Part shown: positions 1 through 9,678 of the stretch, in pieces | Layout of the letters: each line of letters opens with the position of its first letter | Numbering within the stretch: position 1 is the stretch's first letter | Assembly (NCBI GenBank): GCA_000743035.1 | Contig: CP008936.1 | Coordinates: forward strand, 180,001-212,000 | Direction of reading: 5' to 3' | Length of the DNA stretch: 32,000 nt | Source of the DNA: Candidatus Paracaedimonas acanthamoebae | Lineage (GTDB): Bacteria > Pseudomonadota > Alphaproteobacteria > Caedimonadales > Caedimonadaceae | Program-made: the position numbers and the translations under genes | The notes under the pieces: generated by a model | What the model was told of the DNA's origin: nothing | Databases searched by the model: none | The model's input: only the letters and a program-made list of their open reading frames with translations

Positions 1-168
1 GTCATAAATAACAGAAAGAGCGGGTAGCTTTTTATCATGATATGCTGCTTTAACCTCATCAAAACATTGAAGTGCTTTTTCTTGGAAAGAAACAAAGGAT
101 TCTTCCTTGAGTCTATTATTTAAGAAACAGCCTTTGATTGAAAAATTTAAAAGTGATTTATTGAGCAT
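1..168 (-). CDS. Hypothetical protein, N-terminal 56 aa only (continues past the window start); not in the supplied ORF track
   Basis: My own minus-strand translation from the ATG at 168-166 gives MLNKSLLNFSIKGCFLNNRLKEESFVSFQEKALQCFDEVKAAYHDKKLPALSVIYD, open to position 1. A GAAGGAG Shine-Dalgarno lies about 7 nt upstream. The start overlaps the stop of the upstream M16 gene by 11 nt, an operon-like arrangement. No family recognised. Confidence 0.45.
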   Translation of the reverse strand, partial: MLNKSLLNFSIKGCFLNNRLKEESFVSFQEKALQCFDEVKAAYHDKKLPALSVIYD

Positions 169-1474
169 GTATTTCTCCTTCTTCAGGATTGCCAACAATG
201 ACAATTTGCAGTTTTTCTGGGGTAAAAAAATCTTTTGCGAATTGATTAACTTCCTCAAGCATGATGGCATTAAGCAATTGTTCCCGGTTTTGCATGTATG
301 TAATGGGAGCTTCAAATTCTTGATAAAGAAGCAAAAGCCCAGCAATTTGAGGAGAAGACATAAAATTAAGCGTATAAGCTCCCAGAATATGGCTTTTAGC
401 ATCTTTAAATTCTTCTTTTGTAAGACCAGAATCGCGGATGCGTTTCCACTCTTCTTTGATTAAAGATAAGCTTTTCATAATGCGCGTATTGTGGCTTCCC
501 ACGCTTCCAATCAAAAGACTGATGAGAGGTTCTTGATTGATATTTGTTCCGACATGATAGGCATATCCTCGTTTCTCTCTAACTTCATTCATTAATCTTG
601 AAACAGAACCATGCCCTAAAGCCTCATTGATAAGTGAGAGTTTTAGGTAATTAGGATCTTTAAAAGGAAGAGCCTGCTGCGCGAAAAGTCCAATGCTTTG
701 AGGCTGGGCCAATTTTATCGTTGTCATTTTTTCTTGTTGAGGGAACTGAACAGGCGGCACTTGAGGTAAATTTGTTTCTTTAAGAAAAGAGCTAAAAATC
801 TCATCAAGAATCTGTTTTAATTCTTGAGCCGTAATATTTCCGCATACACCTATTTTTAAGGTGTTGCGGCTTAGATTTTTCATAAAATTTTTTAAATCAT
901 CAGGTTTTATTTTTTTTATTGTTTTAAGGGAGCCTTCAGCAAGGCGCGAATAAGGATGAGCGGCGCCAAAGATCTGTTTTCTTAACTGATATAGGGCAAT
1001 GGTTGAAGGTTGTTTTTCACTATTGGCTAAATCGGTCATATGGGCATTCATAACTTTGGTAAATTCATGAGATGAAAATAGGGGTTCAGTAAGTGTAATT
1101 TTCAAAAGTTGAAAGGCTTCTTTTGCATTAGCTTGTGTTGTTTTTAAAGAACCTTGAAAATGAGAAAGTGTGACATCAAAAGAAATAAAGCTCGCGATTT
1201 CCTGTAATTTTTGCGCAAAATCATGGGAATTAAGCTTTCCTGCTCCTTGGGTAAGCATTTGTGAGGTGAGAGCAGCTAGTCCCATTTTATCTTGGGGATC
1301 TTGAGCGGCCCCTACTTCAAAACTAAAATTCATTGCGATGACAGGCGTCGTGTTATCTTCAACAAGCCATGCTTTAATCCCATAGGTTGAAACAACTTCT
1401 TGAATCCTTAATTGGGCATGTGCCAAAGAAAAACTACTCAACAGAATGATAATTAAAGAAAAAAATAGTCTCAT
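158..1474 (-). CDS. M16 (pitrilysin/insulinase) family peptidase, probable non-catalytic partner subunit
   Basis: 438-aa ORF with an N-terminal signal peptide (LLSSFSLAHA) and M16-like two-domain length. The position equivalent to HxxEH reads GLAALTSQML, so the zinc motif is absent. It sits directly downstream of an HxxEH-bearing paralogue. Confidence 0.85.
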   Translation of the reverse strand: MRLFFSLIIILLSSFSLAHAQLRIQEVVSTYGIKAWLVEDNTTPVIAMNFSFEVGAAQDPQDKMGLAALTSQMLTQGAGKLNSHDFAQKLQEIASFISFDVTLSHFQGSLKTTQANAKEAFQLLKITLTEPLFSSHEFTKVMNAHMTDLANSEKQPSTIALYQLRKQIFGAAHPYSRLAEGSLKTIKKIKPDDLKNFMKNLSRNTLKIGVCGNITAQELKQILDEIFSSFLKETNLPQVPPVQFPQQEKMTTIKLAQPQSIGLFAQQALPFKDPNYLKLSLINEALGHGSVSRLMNEVREKRGYAYHVGTNINQEPLISLLIGSVGSHNTRIMKSLSLIKEEWKRIRDSGLTKEEFKDAKSHILGAYTLNFMSSPQIAGLLLLYQEFEAPITYMQNREQLLNAIMLEEVNQFAKDFFTPEKLQIVIVGNPEEGEIHAQ

Positions 1475-1491
1475 AACTTTTCCTCGTAGAG

Positions 1492-2826
1492 TTATTTTTG
1501 TGGCCGTAAAATAGCTGTAAACTTTGATTTAGAATCAAAAATAAGCCTAAAAGTTGCGTTTGTTTGTTCTAGAGTCACGGCTTTTATGCGATCAGGCCAT
1601 GATTCAAATTCTGGAATTGTCTCACCGACGACAAGAGCTCTTCCAATTTCATTGCTACCACTCAACACATGGTCACGGGTATAATCGAGCTGTGCCAAGA
1701 GCCTTGTTTTGGATTGCTCAACTTCTGATACATTAAGCCCTTGCTGTATAATTTTTTCTAATTCTTTATTAAGAGCGATTTCAACCTCTTCAATAGTATG
1801 TCCTTGAGCAGGTTGGGCTAACATAAGAAGATAACCTGGGCCTCGTGTGTAACCTTGATAAGAGATTTGAATGAAGGTTGCAATTCTTTGTTTCTCAACA
1901 AGTTCTCGATAAATAGGACCTGTTACAGGCTTATCTAATAATTCGGTTAAAACTTGGAGTGCATAAAAATCTTTTCGAGAACCTTCCTTAAAATTAGGGG
2001 CTCTAAAGAGCCTTAAAAAGTAGGGCTCTTGAATCAGAGGAGACGTCATTTCAAGCCTTTGGGTTGTCGACACCATTTTTGGCTCTTGAATATTTAAAGG
2101 CTGCGGCTTTGCTTTAACAGGAATGATCTCATAATATTTTTTGGCAAGCGCTTTAACCTCTTCCACCGTTACATCTCCGGCAATCAAGAGAATTGCATTA
2201 TTGGGTGTATACCAGGTGTTGTAAAAATTTTGAGCGTCTTGGGTCGTAAATGTTTTGATTTCGTGTTCCCATCCAATGGCGGGCAATCGTGTTGGATGAT
2301 GCTTTAAAAAGTTGGCAAGGACAGTTTCAAAAAACAATCCTGTTGGGCTGTTGTCAATCCGCATATGTCGTTCTTCAAGGATGACATCTAATTCAGGTTT
2401 TGCGTATTGTTCTTTGATTTCGAGATGAGCCATTCGGCCAGCTTCCAGACTCATAATAAGTTCAAGTTCGTTTTTGGGAACAACCTGATAATAAACCGTA
2501 AAATCTGGAGAAGTTGCGGCGTTTTGTTCACCACCTACACGATTAACCTCGGGCAGCATTCGGCCTGCTGGTGAGCCCAAGTTTCCTTTAAACATAAGAT
2601 GTTCAAGATAGTGTGCCAGGCCCGATTTTCCATGAGGATCATCAATCGTCCCAACTTTATACCATAGCATTTGGGTCACAACTGGTGCACGATGATTTTC
2701 AATTACTACAACTTGAAGACCATTTTTTAAAGTAAATGTATGAGGATTATAAACAGCTGCTTCTACGTTCCCATAAACAAGAATAATCATGAAGATATAA
2801 AAACGTAAGCAAACTTGTTTTAGCAT
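1492..2826 (-). CDS. M16 family zinc metallopeptidase (catalytic subunit)
   Basis: 444-aa ORF with a signal peptide. The inverted zinc-binding motif HxxEH is present as GLAHYLEHLMFKG. Confidence 0.9.
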   Translation of the reverse strand: MLKQVCLRFYIFMIILVYGNVEAAVYNPHTFTLKNGLQVVVIENHRAPVVTQMLWYKVGTIDDPHGKSGLAHYLEHLMFKGNLGSPAGRMLPEVNRVGGEQNAATSPDFTVYYQVVPKNELELIMSLEAGRMAHLEIKEQYAKPELDVILEERHMRIDNSPTGLFFETVLANFLKHHPTRLPAIGWEHEIKTFTTQDAQNFYNTWYTPNNAILLIAGDVTVEEVKALAKKYYEIIPVKAKPQPLNIQEPKMVSTTQRLEMTSPLIQEPYFLRLFRAPNFKEGSRKDFYALQVLTELLDKPVTGPIYRELVEKQRIATFIQISYQGYTRGPGYLLMLAQPAQGHTIEEVEIALNKELEKIIQQGLNVSEVEQSKTRLLAQLDYTRDHVLSGSNEIGRALVVGETIPEFESWPDRIKAVTLEQTNATFRLIFDSKSKFTAILRPQK

Positions 2827-2841
2827 TTTAATATATCCTCA

Positions 2842-3333
2842 TTAATTTAATGGGCCAGGAGCATCTTTGTTGTAAAGCTTTTTATATTCCTCTTGAGGAT
2901 CTATAATGTCACCACCAGGTTTTCCCTCCCAGAAAATGATTTTTTTAATCGTCTGTTCTCCTGGTTTTAAAACCTTTGCTTCTTGGTTGACTGTTTGACG
3001 TATATTGGGGTGGCTTTCTTCTGTTTTTGCCCCTTGTAAGAGAGCTTGTTCTGCAAGTGAAGCGGTGTGTGCCTCTGTTGCATGAGGTTGCTTTATAAGG
3101 AGCTCTTTTGCTTGAAGCTGGGTATTGTGAGGATGGGTCGTTGAAGCACGAGTTTGAGGTGGCTTTAGTCCGATTCCAGGAGGCATACTGAGGGGGGGAT
3201 GATCTAGAACAGTGAATTCATCAGGCTGCATTCTCTCAAGGCCTAAGCTTTTCTTAGTTTGACTGCACCCTGACATCGCTAGAAGGCTTGTACTCAATAA
3301 TGCTAAAAAAAGAAAATCATATTTTTTGTTCAT
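2842..3333 (-). CDS. DUF3035-type lipoprotein
   Basis: The ORF track starts at 3366. I prefer the ATG at 3333 (MNKKYDFLFLALLSTSLLAMSGCSQ), which has an AGGA SD 7 nt upstream and a clear lipobox (LAMSGC). Position just downstream of lspA is typical for DUF3035 genes in alphaproteobacteria. Confidence 0.7.
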   Translation of the reverse strand: MNKKYDFLFLALLSTSLLAMSGCSQTKKSLGLERMQPDEFTVLDHPPLSMPPGIGLKPPQTRASTTHPHNTQLQAKELLIKQPHATEAHTASLAEQALLQGAKTEESHPNIRQTVNQEAKVLKPGEQTIKKIIFWEGKPGGDIIDPQEEYKKLYNKDAPGPLN

Positions 3334-3817
3334 GGAGCGTTCCTCGTGAATTTCTAAAATTATCAATCAAAACAAAACAGACGCCTAGTGTAATCACAGT
3401 GTCTGCAACATTAAAAGTTGGAAATGCATAACTTCCCCAGTGAAAATGCAAGAAATCCACAACAGCTGAGAAGCGAAGGCGATCAAGGACGTTGCCTATT
3501 GCGCCTGCAATAATAAAACCAAAACCAAGGCGAAGTAAATTGTTTTGGGCTTTCCAAAGCCATCTTAGTAATAAACCTGAAATACTCAATGCAAATGTGC
3601 TAAAAATATAAACATTCCAGCGACTCGGCGCATTAAACATACCGAAGCTTACCCCGTGATTCCAAACCAATACTAAGTCAAAGAAAGGGGTGATTGTAAT
3701 TGGTGCGCGAGGAAGAAAAAAGTATTTTAGGATAAAAGCTTTTGTCCATTGATCAATGCCAATAATAAGAGCTATCCCAAAAAGAGCAAAAATATTAGAT
3801 CGCTTGGTAGAACACAT
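3317..3817 (-). CDS. lspA: Lipoprotein signal peptidase (signal peptidase II)
   Basis: 166-aa polytopic protein with conserved LspA blocks WNHGVSFGMF, GNVLDR and FNVAD. The start overlaps the ileS stop as TAATG, the classic ileS-lspA coupling. Confidence 0.92.
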   Translation of the reverse strand: MCSTKRSNIFALFGIALIIGIDQWTKAFILKYFFLPRAPITITPFFDLVLVWNHGVSFGMFNAPSRWNVYIFSTFALSISGLLLRWLWKAQNNLLRLGFGFIIAGAIGNVLDRLRFSAVVDFLHFHWGSYAFPTFNVADTVITLGVCFVLIDNFRNSRGTLHEQKI

Positions 3818-6612
3818 TATTTAACCTCTTCAATAACGTGAATACAACGATCACATAAGGTTGTGTGGATAGAGTGACTGCCAACCTCTTCTAAAACGCG
3901 CCAGCATCTTTCGCATTTATGGCCCGGTGCGACCGAAATGTGGACACCCAAGTGATCAAAATCTGAGCTTGTAAACGCTGTGGAGGGAATGATTTCTGAG
4001 GAAATATCAAGGCTTGAAGTAATTGAAAGTTCAGCATAATCAACGTTTGAAAGCATTTTTTTCTGAGGATCAAAAACGGTAACATGAGCCTGTAAGCTGG
4101 ATTTAATAAGGCCTTGAGATCGGGCGACTTCAAGAGCCCCTGTTATCACACGTTTTTGAGCGCGTAAAACATCAAATTCTTGAGCAAGATCCTCATTTCT
4201 CCAGATTTCAGGAGTTTCAGGAAGGAAATTTAAGTGAATGCTTTCACTTTCTGCGCCAAAACGAGCCATCCATGCTTCTTCGACAGTGAAGCATAAGACA
4301 GGAGAAAGCCAGTGTAATAAACGATTTAAAAGGAGATCAAAGACTGTGCGTGTTGCGCGGCGTTTTATATCTTTGGCACTATCGCAATAAACAACATCTT
4401 TACGAATATCGAAATAAAATGCGGATAGATCTGCAGAGCAAAAATGATGAAGAGCGCTGTAAAAAGCTTGAAAATTATAGGCTTGAGAGCATTCTTTAAA
4501 GAGAGTATCAAGCTGATAAAGTCGATGTAAAATCCAGCACTCTAAGTTGGGCATATCTTGAAGAGAAAGTTCCTCTTCTTGTGTAAACCCATGTAAAGCC
4601 CCTAATAAGTAGCGAAGAGTATTACGAAATCTGCGATAAATATCTTCTTGATGTTTTAAAATTTCAGGTCCAATACGTAAGTCATCGGAATAATCGCAGC
4701 TTACGACCCAAAGTCTTAGGATCTCAATTCCCAAAGTTTCTGCGATCTTGTCAGGGGCCACGACATTGCCTTGCGATTTAGACATTTTTCGGCCTTGTTC
4801 GTCGACGGTAAAGCCATGAGTCACAACCGCTTTATATGGCGCTTGATTTTTAGTTCCACAACCAAGCAAGAGAGATGACATGAACCAACCTCGATGTTGG
4901 TCTGACCCCTCAAGATAAAGAGAGGCAGGGAAAGTAAGTTCAGGGCGTTTTTCAAGAACAAATTTTTGAGTTGAGCCTGAATCGAACCAAACATCTAAAA
5001 TATCATTCACTAGTTCATAATCAGCATGGTTATACTCATGACCTAAAAAGCGCTCCGGATTCTTGTACCAGGCCTCTGCTCCTTCTTGTCTTACAGCCTC
5101 AATGATCCGTTGATTGACGGCAGGATCAATGAGAGGTTGTTTTGTTTCTTTATGGACAAAAATCGTCAATGGGACGCCCCAAGCTCTTTGACGAGAAACA
5201 CACCAATCTGGGCGATTCTCAACCATGCCTTTTATGCGATTTTTACTTTGGGAAGGATACCATTGAACTCCTTCAATAGCGTCGAGCGCTTGATGACGTA
5301 GATGATTAGCGTCCAAACTGATAAACCACTGTGGTGTGGTTCTATAAATGAGGGGAGCTTTAGAACGCCAAGAATGAGGATAGCTATGCAAAATCGTTTC
5401 TTTGGCGGCAAGTGCTTTGTTTTCTGATAAAAGAGTAATAATTTTATCATCGACTTTAAAGACATGATCGCCAACAAAAAGCGGTACCCAAAAGGCATAA
5501 GTGCCATCATCTAAAACAGTCTCAGGGATTTCTAACTGATAGCGTTTTCCAAGTTCATAATCCTCGATACCGTGACTTGGTGCTGTATGGACAAGACCTG
5601 TTCCCGTATCAACAGCGACATGGTCACCCGGTAAGAATGGAACATCATGCTCGTATCCTTGGCGGGCAAAAGGATGGCTTGCTTTTACGCCTTCGAGACG
5701 AGAGCCTTTGAAAGAAGTTAAAATTTCAGCATCTACAATGCCCAGTTTTTTTGAAACTTGATCGATAAGTTCCTTTGCGATTAGGATTTTTTCTTGCGGA
5801 AGCGCAAGAGAATCAGACTCAACTTTTCGGATCAACAGAATGACATAGTCAACTTCAGGATGATAAGCGATTGCACGGTTTCCTGGTAGTGACCAGGGCG
5901 TCGTGGTCCAAATAACAGCTGAAGTTTCTTGCAGTTCAACATCTGTAGAAGGCTGAATCTTGAAACGTACATAGATTGAAGATGACGTTTTATCTTCGTA
6001 CTCAACCTCAGCTTCAGCAAGCGCTGTTTTTTCAATGACTGACCACAAAACAGGTTTAACGCCTCGATAAACGCTTCCCTTTTCTAAAAAAGTGAGGAAG
6101 ATTGCTACGATCTCAGCTTCAGCATCAGGATCCATGGTGATATAAGGATTTTCCCAATCACCTAACAAGCCAAGACGTTTGAATTCTTCTCGTTGAATCT
6201 TAATCCAACCTTCGGCAAAAGTGCGGCAATCAGCTCTGAATTGCTGGAGATCAATTTCTTCTTTGCTTTTGCCTTCTTTTCGGTATTTCTCTTCAATTTT
6301 CCACTCGATGGGAAGCCCATGACAATCCCATCCTGGAACAAGTGGAGCATCATGACCTAAAAGATGTTGAGCGCGGATCACAATATCTTTAAAGATGCTT
6401 GTGAATCCATGACCGACATGAATATGTCCATTGGCATAAGGAGGGCCTGAGTGCAAAATAAACTTTGGCAAACCTTGGGTCTTGTCACGAATTTTTTTAT
6501 AGAGCTTTTTCTGCTCCCAAAGCTTTAATATTTCTGGCTCACGCTCACGCAAATTTGCTTTCATCGCAAATGAAGTGGTCGGCAGAAAAACGCTATCTTT
6601 ATAATTCATCAC
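3817..6612 (-). CDS. ileS: Isoleucine--tRNA ligase
   Basis: 931 aa. HIGH motif (PYANGHIHVGH), KMSKS motif (RKMSKSQGN) and a C-terminal Cys cluster (CERCWRV...CDRC). Confidence 0.97.
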   Translation of the reverse strand: MMNYKDSVFLPTTSFAMKANLREREPEILKLWEQKKLYKKIRDKTQGLPKFILHSGPPYANGHIHVGHGFTSIFKDIVIRAQHLLGHDAPLVPGWDCHGLPIEWKIEEKYRKEGKSKEEIDLQQFRADCRTFAEGWIKIQREEFKRLGLLGDWENPYITMDPDAEAEIVAIFLTFLEKGSVYRGVKPVLWSVIEKTALAEAEVEYEDKTSSSIYVRFKIQPSTDVELQETSAVIWTTTPWSLPGNRAIAYHPEVDYVILLIRKVESDSLALPQEKILIAKELIDQVSKKLGIVDAEILTSFKGSRLEGVKASHPFARQGYEHDVPFLPGDHVAVDTGTGLVHTAPSHGIEDYELGKRYQLEIPETVLDDGTYAFWVPLFVGDHVFKVDDKIITLLSENKALAAKETILHSYPHSWRSKAPLIYRTTPQWFISLDANHLRHQALDAIEGVQWYPSQSKNRIKGMVENRPDWCVSRQRAWGVPLTIFVHKETKQPLIDPAVNQRIIEAVRQEGAEAWYKNPERFLGHEYNHADYELVNDILDVWFDSGSTQKFVLEKRPELTFPASLYLEGSDQHRGWFMSSLLLGCGTKNQAPYKAVVTHGFTVDEQGRKMSKSQGNVVAPDKIAETLGIEILRLWVVSCDYSDDLRIGPEILKHQEDIYRRFRNTLRYLLGALHGFTQEEELSLQDMPNLECWILHRLYQLDTLFKECSQAYNFQAFYSALHHFCSADLSAFYFDIRKDVVYCDSAKDIKRRATRTVFDLLLNRLLHWLSPVLCFTVEEAWMARFGAESESIHLNFLPETPEIWRNEDLAQEFDVLRAQKRVITGALEVARSQGLIKSSLQAHVTVFDPQKKMLSNVDYAELSITSSLDISSEIIPSTAFTSSDFDHLGVHISVAPGHKCERCWRVLEEVGSHSIHTTLCDRCIHVIEEVK

Positions 6613-6987
6613 AATTGGGCCTTGCTTAAAGTTTGTTATGTTCCCTGGTTATTTACCTTACTTGTGTTACACGAACTTTTCTTTTTCTTCTATAGAATTT
6701 TCGTTTTATTGACGAAGCAGACTTAAGAAATCAAGAAAATGTTTTTAGGATTGTAAAACTCTCTTTGACCTCTTCTTTTTATTATAATTGATTATTGATC
6801 AAAAATCAATAGAAAAGAGTACATTTTTTAAAATTCATTGATTTTATCTTGCGGAGAGAAGATTTTTCTTTTTATCATTTATATAAACTGAGGATTATAA
6901 TTGGTAAAAGCCTTGAATAACGATGCTAAATATGTTCATTTGGTGTCTTATATTAAATTCTGGAAAAATCGGACGAAGAGTTTTTAA

Positions 6988-7461
6988 ATGGAAAAAGTAC
7001 CAATGACATCTCAAGGGTTTATGCGCCTTCAAGAAGAGCTTAACCATCTTAAGACAAATGAACGCCAAGCAGTAATTCGTGCCATTGCAGATGCGCGTGC
7101 TTTGGGAGATTTGTCAGAAAATGCTGAATATCATGCCGCACGTGAAAAACAAAGTTTTATCGAGGGACGTATTGCTGAGCTTGAAGCTAAAATTATGCAT
7201 GCGCACATTATTGACGTGTCAAAGCTTTCTGGGGATACCATTAAGTTTGGGGCGCATGTTTTTCTTGAGGATGAGGATACAGAAGAAGAGATTTGTTATC
7301 AAATTGTTGGGGTTGATGAGGCTGATATAAAGGAAGGTCTTCTTTCAATCTCTGCGCCTTTAGCGCGTGCTTTGATTGGAAAGAAGGTAGGGGATTCTGT
7401 TGAAGTCAAAACACCTGGCGGACTTAAAGGGTACCATATTCTTAAAATTGAATATCGTTAA
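6988..7461 (+). CDS. greA: Transcription elongation factor GreA
   Basis: 157 aa. Typical GreA N-terminus [18 protein letters not shown], the coiled-coil [15 protein letters not shown] motif and a C-terminal globular domain. Confidence 0.95.
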   Translation: MEKVPMTSQGFMRLQEELNHLKTNERQAVIRAIADARALGDLSENAEYHAAREKQSFIEGRIAELEAKIMHAHIIDVSKLSGDTIKFGAHVFLEDEDTEEEICYQIVGVDEADIKEGLLSISAPLARALIGKKVGDSVEVKTPGGLKGYHILKIEYR

Positions 7462-7473
7462 TGAGTCTCTAAA

Positions 7474-8430
7474 GTGAAATCTTGTTGGGTTGTCACTGAT
7501 ATTGGAAAAGTTGGGACAGAAAACCAATGCATTGGATTAGCTGAAACTCTAGGTTTTATCCCAAAAATCAAGCGAATTAAGCCCAGAAGTATTTGGCGCC
7601 TGTTACCGGCTTCTTATTGGTTCAATGCCTTAGAAGGGCTTTCTTCTGCTTATGATCGTCTTGCGCCGCCTTGGCCAGATTTGATTATTGCTGCGGGTCG
7701 AGCAAGCGTGGCACCAACAGCGAAAATTCGTCAATTGACACAAGGTAAAACAAAAGTCGTTCAGCTGCAAAACCCTTTAGTTGATCCTGCGTTTTTCGAT
7801 GCAGTGGTTGTACCACAGCATGATAATCTGACAGGAAAGAATGTTATTGTTACTGAAGGGGCTTTGCATCGTGTCACCCATGAGCGCCTTTCTCAGGAAG
7901 CTTATAAATTTACATCTTTGGTGGCGTCATTACCAAGGCCTCTTGTGGCTGTCCTTATTGGAGGCTCAAACCGGTGCTACAAAGTGAAACCTGAGCATAT
8001 GCAAAGAATGGGTGAGCGATTGAAAGCTCTTTGTATACAAGAAGGTTTTGGTTTGGCTGTAACAATCTCCAGACGGACAGAGCCCGAAAATAAAGACGCG
8101 CTGATTGAGAGACTTAAAGATGTGCCAGCAGTGATTTGGACAGGGGAAGGTGAAAATCCGTATTTTGGATTCTTGGGTCTTGCTGATTACATTATTGTAA
8201 CCTGTGATTCGGTGTCCATGACCTCAGAAGCATGCTTTACAGGCAAGCCTGTTTATTCTTACTTTTTCGAAGGAGGCTCTGCCAAATTCAAGCGTTTTCA
8301 TATGTACTTTCAAGAAAAAGGATATACGAGACCTTTTGCAGACACCTTTTCAAGTTGGTCTTATGCGCCGTTGAACGATTTGCAAGTTGTTGAAAAACAA
8401 CTTAAAAAACTCTTAAAAATCGATTTATAA
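7474..8430 (+). CDS. ELM1 / mitochondrial-fission ELM1 family protein (DUF1022, putative glycosyltransferase fold)
   Basis: 318 aa with a GTG start 12 nt after greA. The N-terminal VVTDIGKVGTENQCIGLAETLG block is characteristic of the family. Confidence 0.72.
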   Translation: MKSCWVVTDIGKVGTENQCIGLAETLGFIPKIKRIKPRSIWRLLPASYWFNALEGLSSAYDRLAPPWPDLIIAAGRASVAPTAKIRQLTQGKTKVVQLQNPLVDPAFFDAVVVPQHDNLTGKNVIVTEGALHRVTHERLSQEAYKFTSLVASLPRPLVAVLIGGSNRCYKVKPEHMQRMGERLKALCIQEGFGLAVTISRRTEPENKDALIERLKDVPAVIWTGEGENPYFGFLGLADYIIVTCDSVSMTSEACFTGKPVYSYFFEGGSAKFKRFHMYFQEKGYTRPFADTFSSWSYAPLNDLQVVEKQLKKLLKIDL

Positions 8431-8559
8431 AGAAAGATCTGCATTTTCCTTGTTTTTATGATTGACGGCAAAAGGCGAAGTGATGTAGAGAAATGCAAGG
8501 GTTGTGTAAATACCACTCATTTAAAGTTTCTATATTAACGATTAAGATTGTATGTGAAA

Positions 8560-9021
8560 ATGAAAACTCTTTCATTAAAACCTGCTGAAGTCACCAAAAA
8601 GTGGAGACTTGTTGATGCAGAAGGTGTTGTTTTAGGGCGCTTAGCGTCTGTTTTGGCGAAGCGTCTGCGTGGAAAACATCGTCCAGATTATACGCCTCAT
8701 GTTGATTGTGGTGAAAATATTGTTGTTATCAATGCAGATAAAGTACGTGTCACAGGTAAAAAATTAAAAGATGATGTTTTTTATTGGCACACAGGCCATC
8801 CAGGCGGGATTAAAGAACGCACAGCCGGTGAGACGCTTGCAGGTCGATTCCCAGAACGCCTTTTAGAGAAAGCTGTTGAGCGCATGATTCCAAGAACACC
8901 TCTTGGGCGTCAGCAAATGAATAATCTTAAGGTTTATGCTGGTCCTAGCCATCCTCATGAAGCACAAAAGCTTGAGGCTTTAGATGTTGCAGGGATGAAC
9001 CCAAAGAATAAAAGGAGTTAA
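8560..9021 (+). CDS. rplM: 50S ribosomal protein L13
   Basis: The ORF track starts at TTG 8548. The ATG at 8560 ([22 protein letters not shown]) matches the canonical L13 N-terminus. Confidence 0.95.
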   Translation: MKTLSLKPAEVTKKWRLVDAEGVVLGRLASVLAKRLRGKHRPDYTPHVDCGENIVVINADKVRVTGKKLKDDVFYWHTGHPGGIKERTAGETLAGRFPERLLEKAVERMIPRTPLGRQQMNNLKVYAGPSHPHEAQKLEALDVAGMNPKNKRS

Positions 9022-9027
9022 GCTTCA

Positions 9028-9531
9028 ATGGCACAAGAGCGTATTGAACTTGAAAATTTAAAATCAGCCGTTTCTGATAAGGGGCTGACAGCGAAGACTG
9101 TTTCTGCTTCCAGTGAGAAAGCGGCAGGCCCACGCGTTGATGCTTTAGGTCGTGCTTATGCTACAGGTAAGCGTAAAGATGCGATTGCTCGTGTTTGGAT
9201 TAAGCCAGGTTCAGGAAAAATTACCGTTAATGGACGTGAAAGCCAAGTTTACTTTGCTCGTCCTGTTTTACAAATGATGATTGACCAACCTTTCAAGGTT
9301 TCTGGTCGTCAAGCACAATTTGACGTTATTTGCACAGTGGCAGGCGGCGGTCTTTCAGGACAAGCCGGTGCTATCCGTCATGGTATCAGTAAGGCATTGA
9401 CTTATTTTGATCCAGCCCTTCGTCCAGCTCTTAAGGTTGAAGGCCTTTTGACACGCGATAGCCGTGTTGTTGAGCGTAAAAAATATGGTCGTGCGAAAGC
9501 TCGTCGTAGCTTCCAATTCTCAAAACGTTAA
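9028..9531 (+). CDS. rpsI: 30S ribosomal protein S9
   Basis: 167 aa with the C-terminal [11 protein letters not shown] signature. Conserved rplM-rpsI pair. Confidence 0.95.
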   Translation: MAQERIELENLKSAVSDKGLTAKTVSASSEKAAGPRVDALGRAYATGKRKDAIARVWIKPGSGKITVNGRESQVYFARPVLQMMIDQPFKVSGRQAQFDVICTVAGGGLSGQAGAIRHGISKALTYFDPALRPALKVEGLLTRDSRVVERKKYGRAKARRSFQFSKR

Positions 9532-9558
9532 CGTTTATCAGAGAATTTTATTTACAAT

Positions 9559-9587
9559 GCGCCACCCAAAAGGGTGGCGTTTTTTTA
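9559..9587 (+). terminator. Rho-independent terminator of rplM-rpsI
   Basis: CGCCACCC-AAAA-GGGTGGCG hairpin (8-bp GC-rich stem) followed by T7. Confidence 0.8.
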
Positions 9588-9678
9588 TGTTTTTAAACTT
9601 GCTAAAAAATTTATGGGTAAGTTAGCTTATTGAGAGTGTCAGATGATCATGCTGAGCAGAAAGCAAAGGAGGTTAATT

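Noticed and set aside
107..463. Plus-strand 118-aa ORF, and similar track ORFs at 1554..1736, 3891..4133, 5086..5301, 5232..5510, 5832..6035, 6162..6353, 7079..7330, 8945..9133, 10068..10259, 11724..12041, 13084..13293, 15059..15418, 15611..15862, 15777..16046, 16138..16416, 16881..17084, 17314..17511, 18338..18601, 20455..20733, 20534..20761, 21050..21238, 21502..21729, 22145..22408, 22495..22680, 31037..31306
   Set aside because: All lie inside, antisense to, or out of frame with much longer ORFs that carry clear family motifs. Their translations are low-complexity or motif-free, so they are shadow ORFs.
6765..6788. TTGACC ... TATAAT pair upstream of greA as a sigma-70 promoter
   Set aside because: The spacer is only 12 nt, so it is incompatible with a functional -35/-10 pair. 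I could not support any other promoter in 6613-6987 from sequence alone.
6793..6811. Palindrome TATTGAT-CAAAA-ATCAATA in the ileS/greA intergenic region as an operator
   Set aside because: It is a 7-bp AT-rich arm in a very AT-rich 375-bp spacer, which is expected by chance. It does not match DnaA, CtrA or other boxes I can name.
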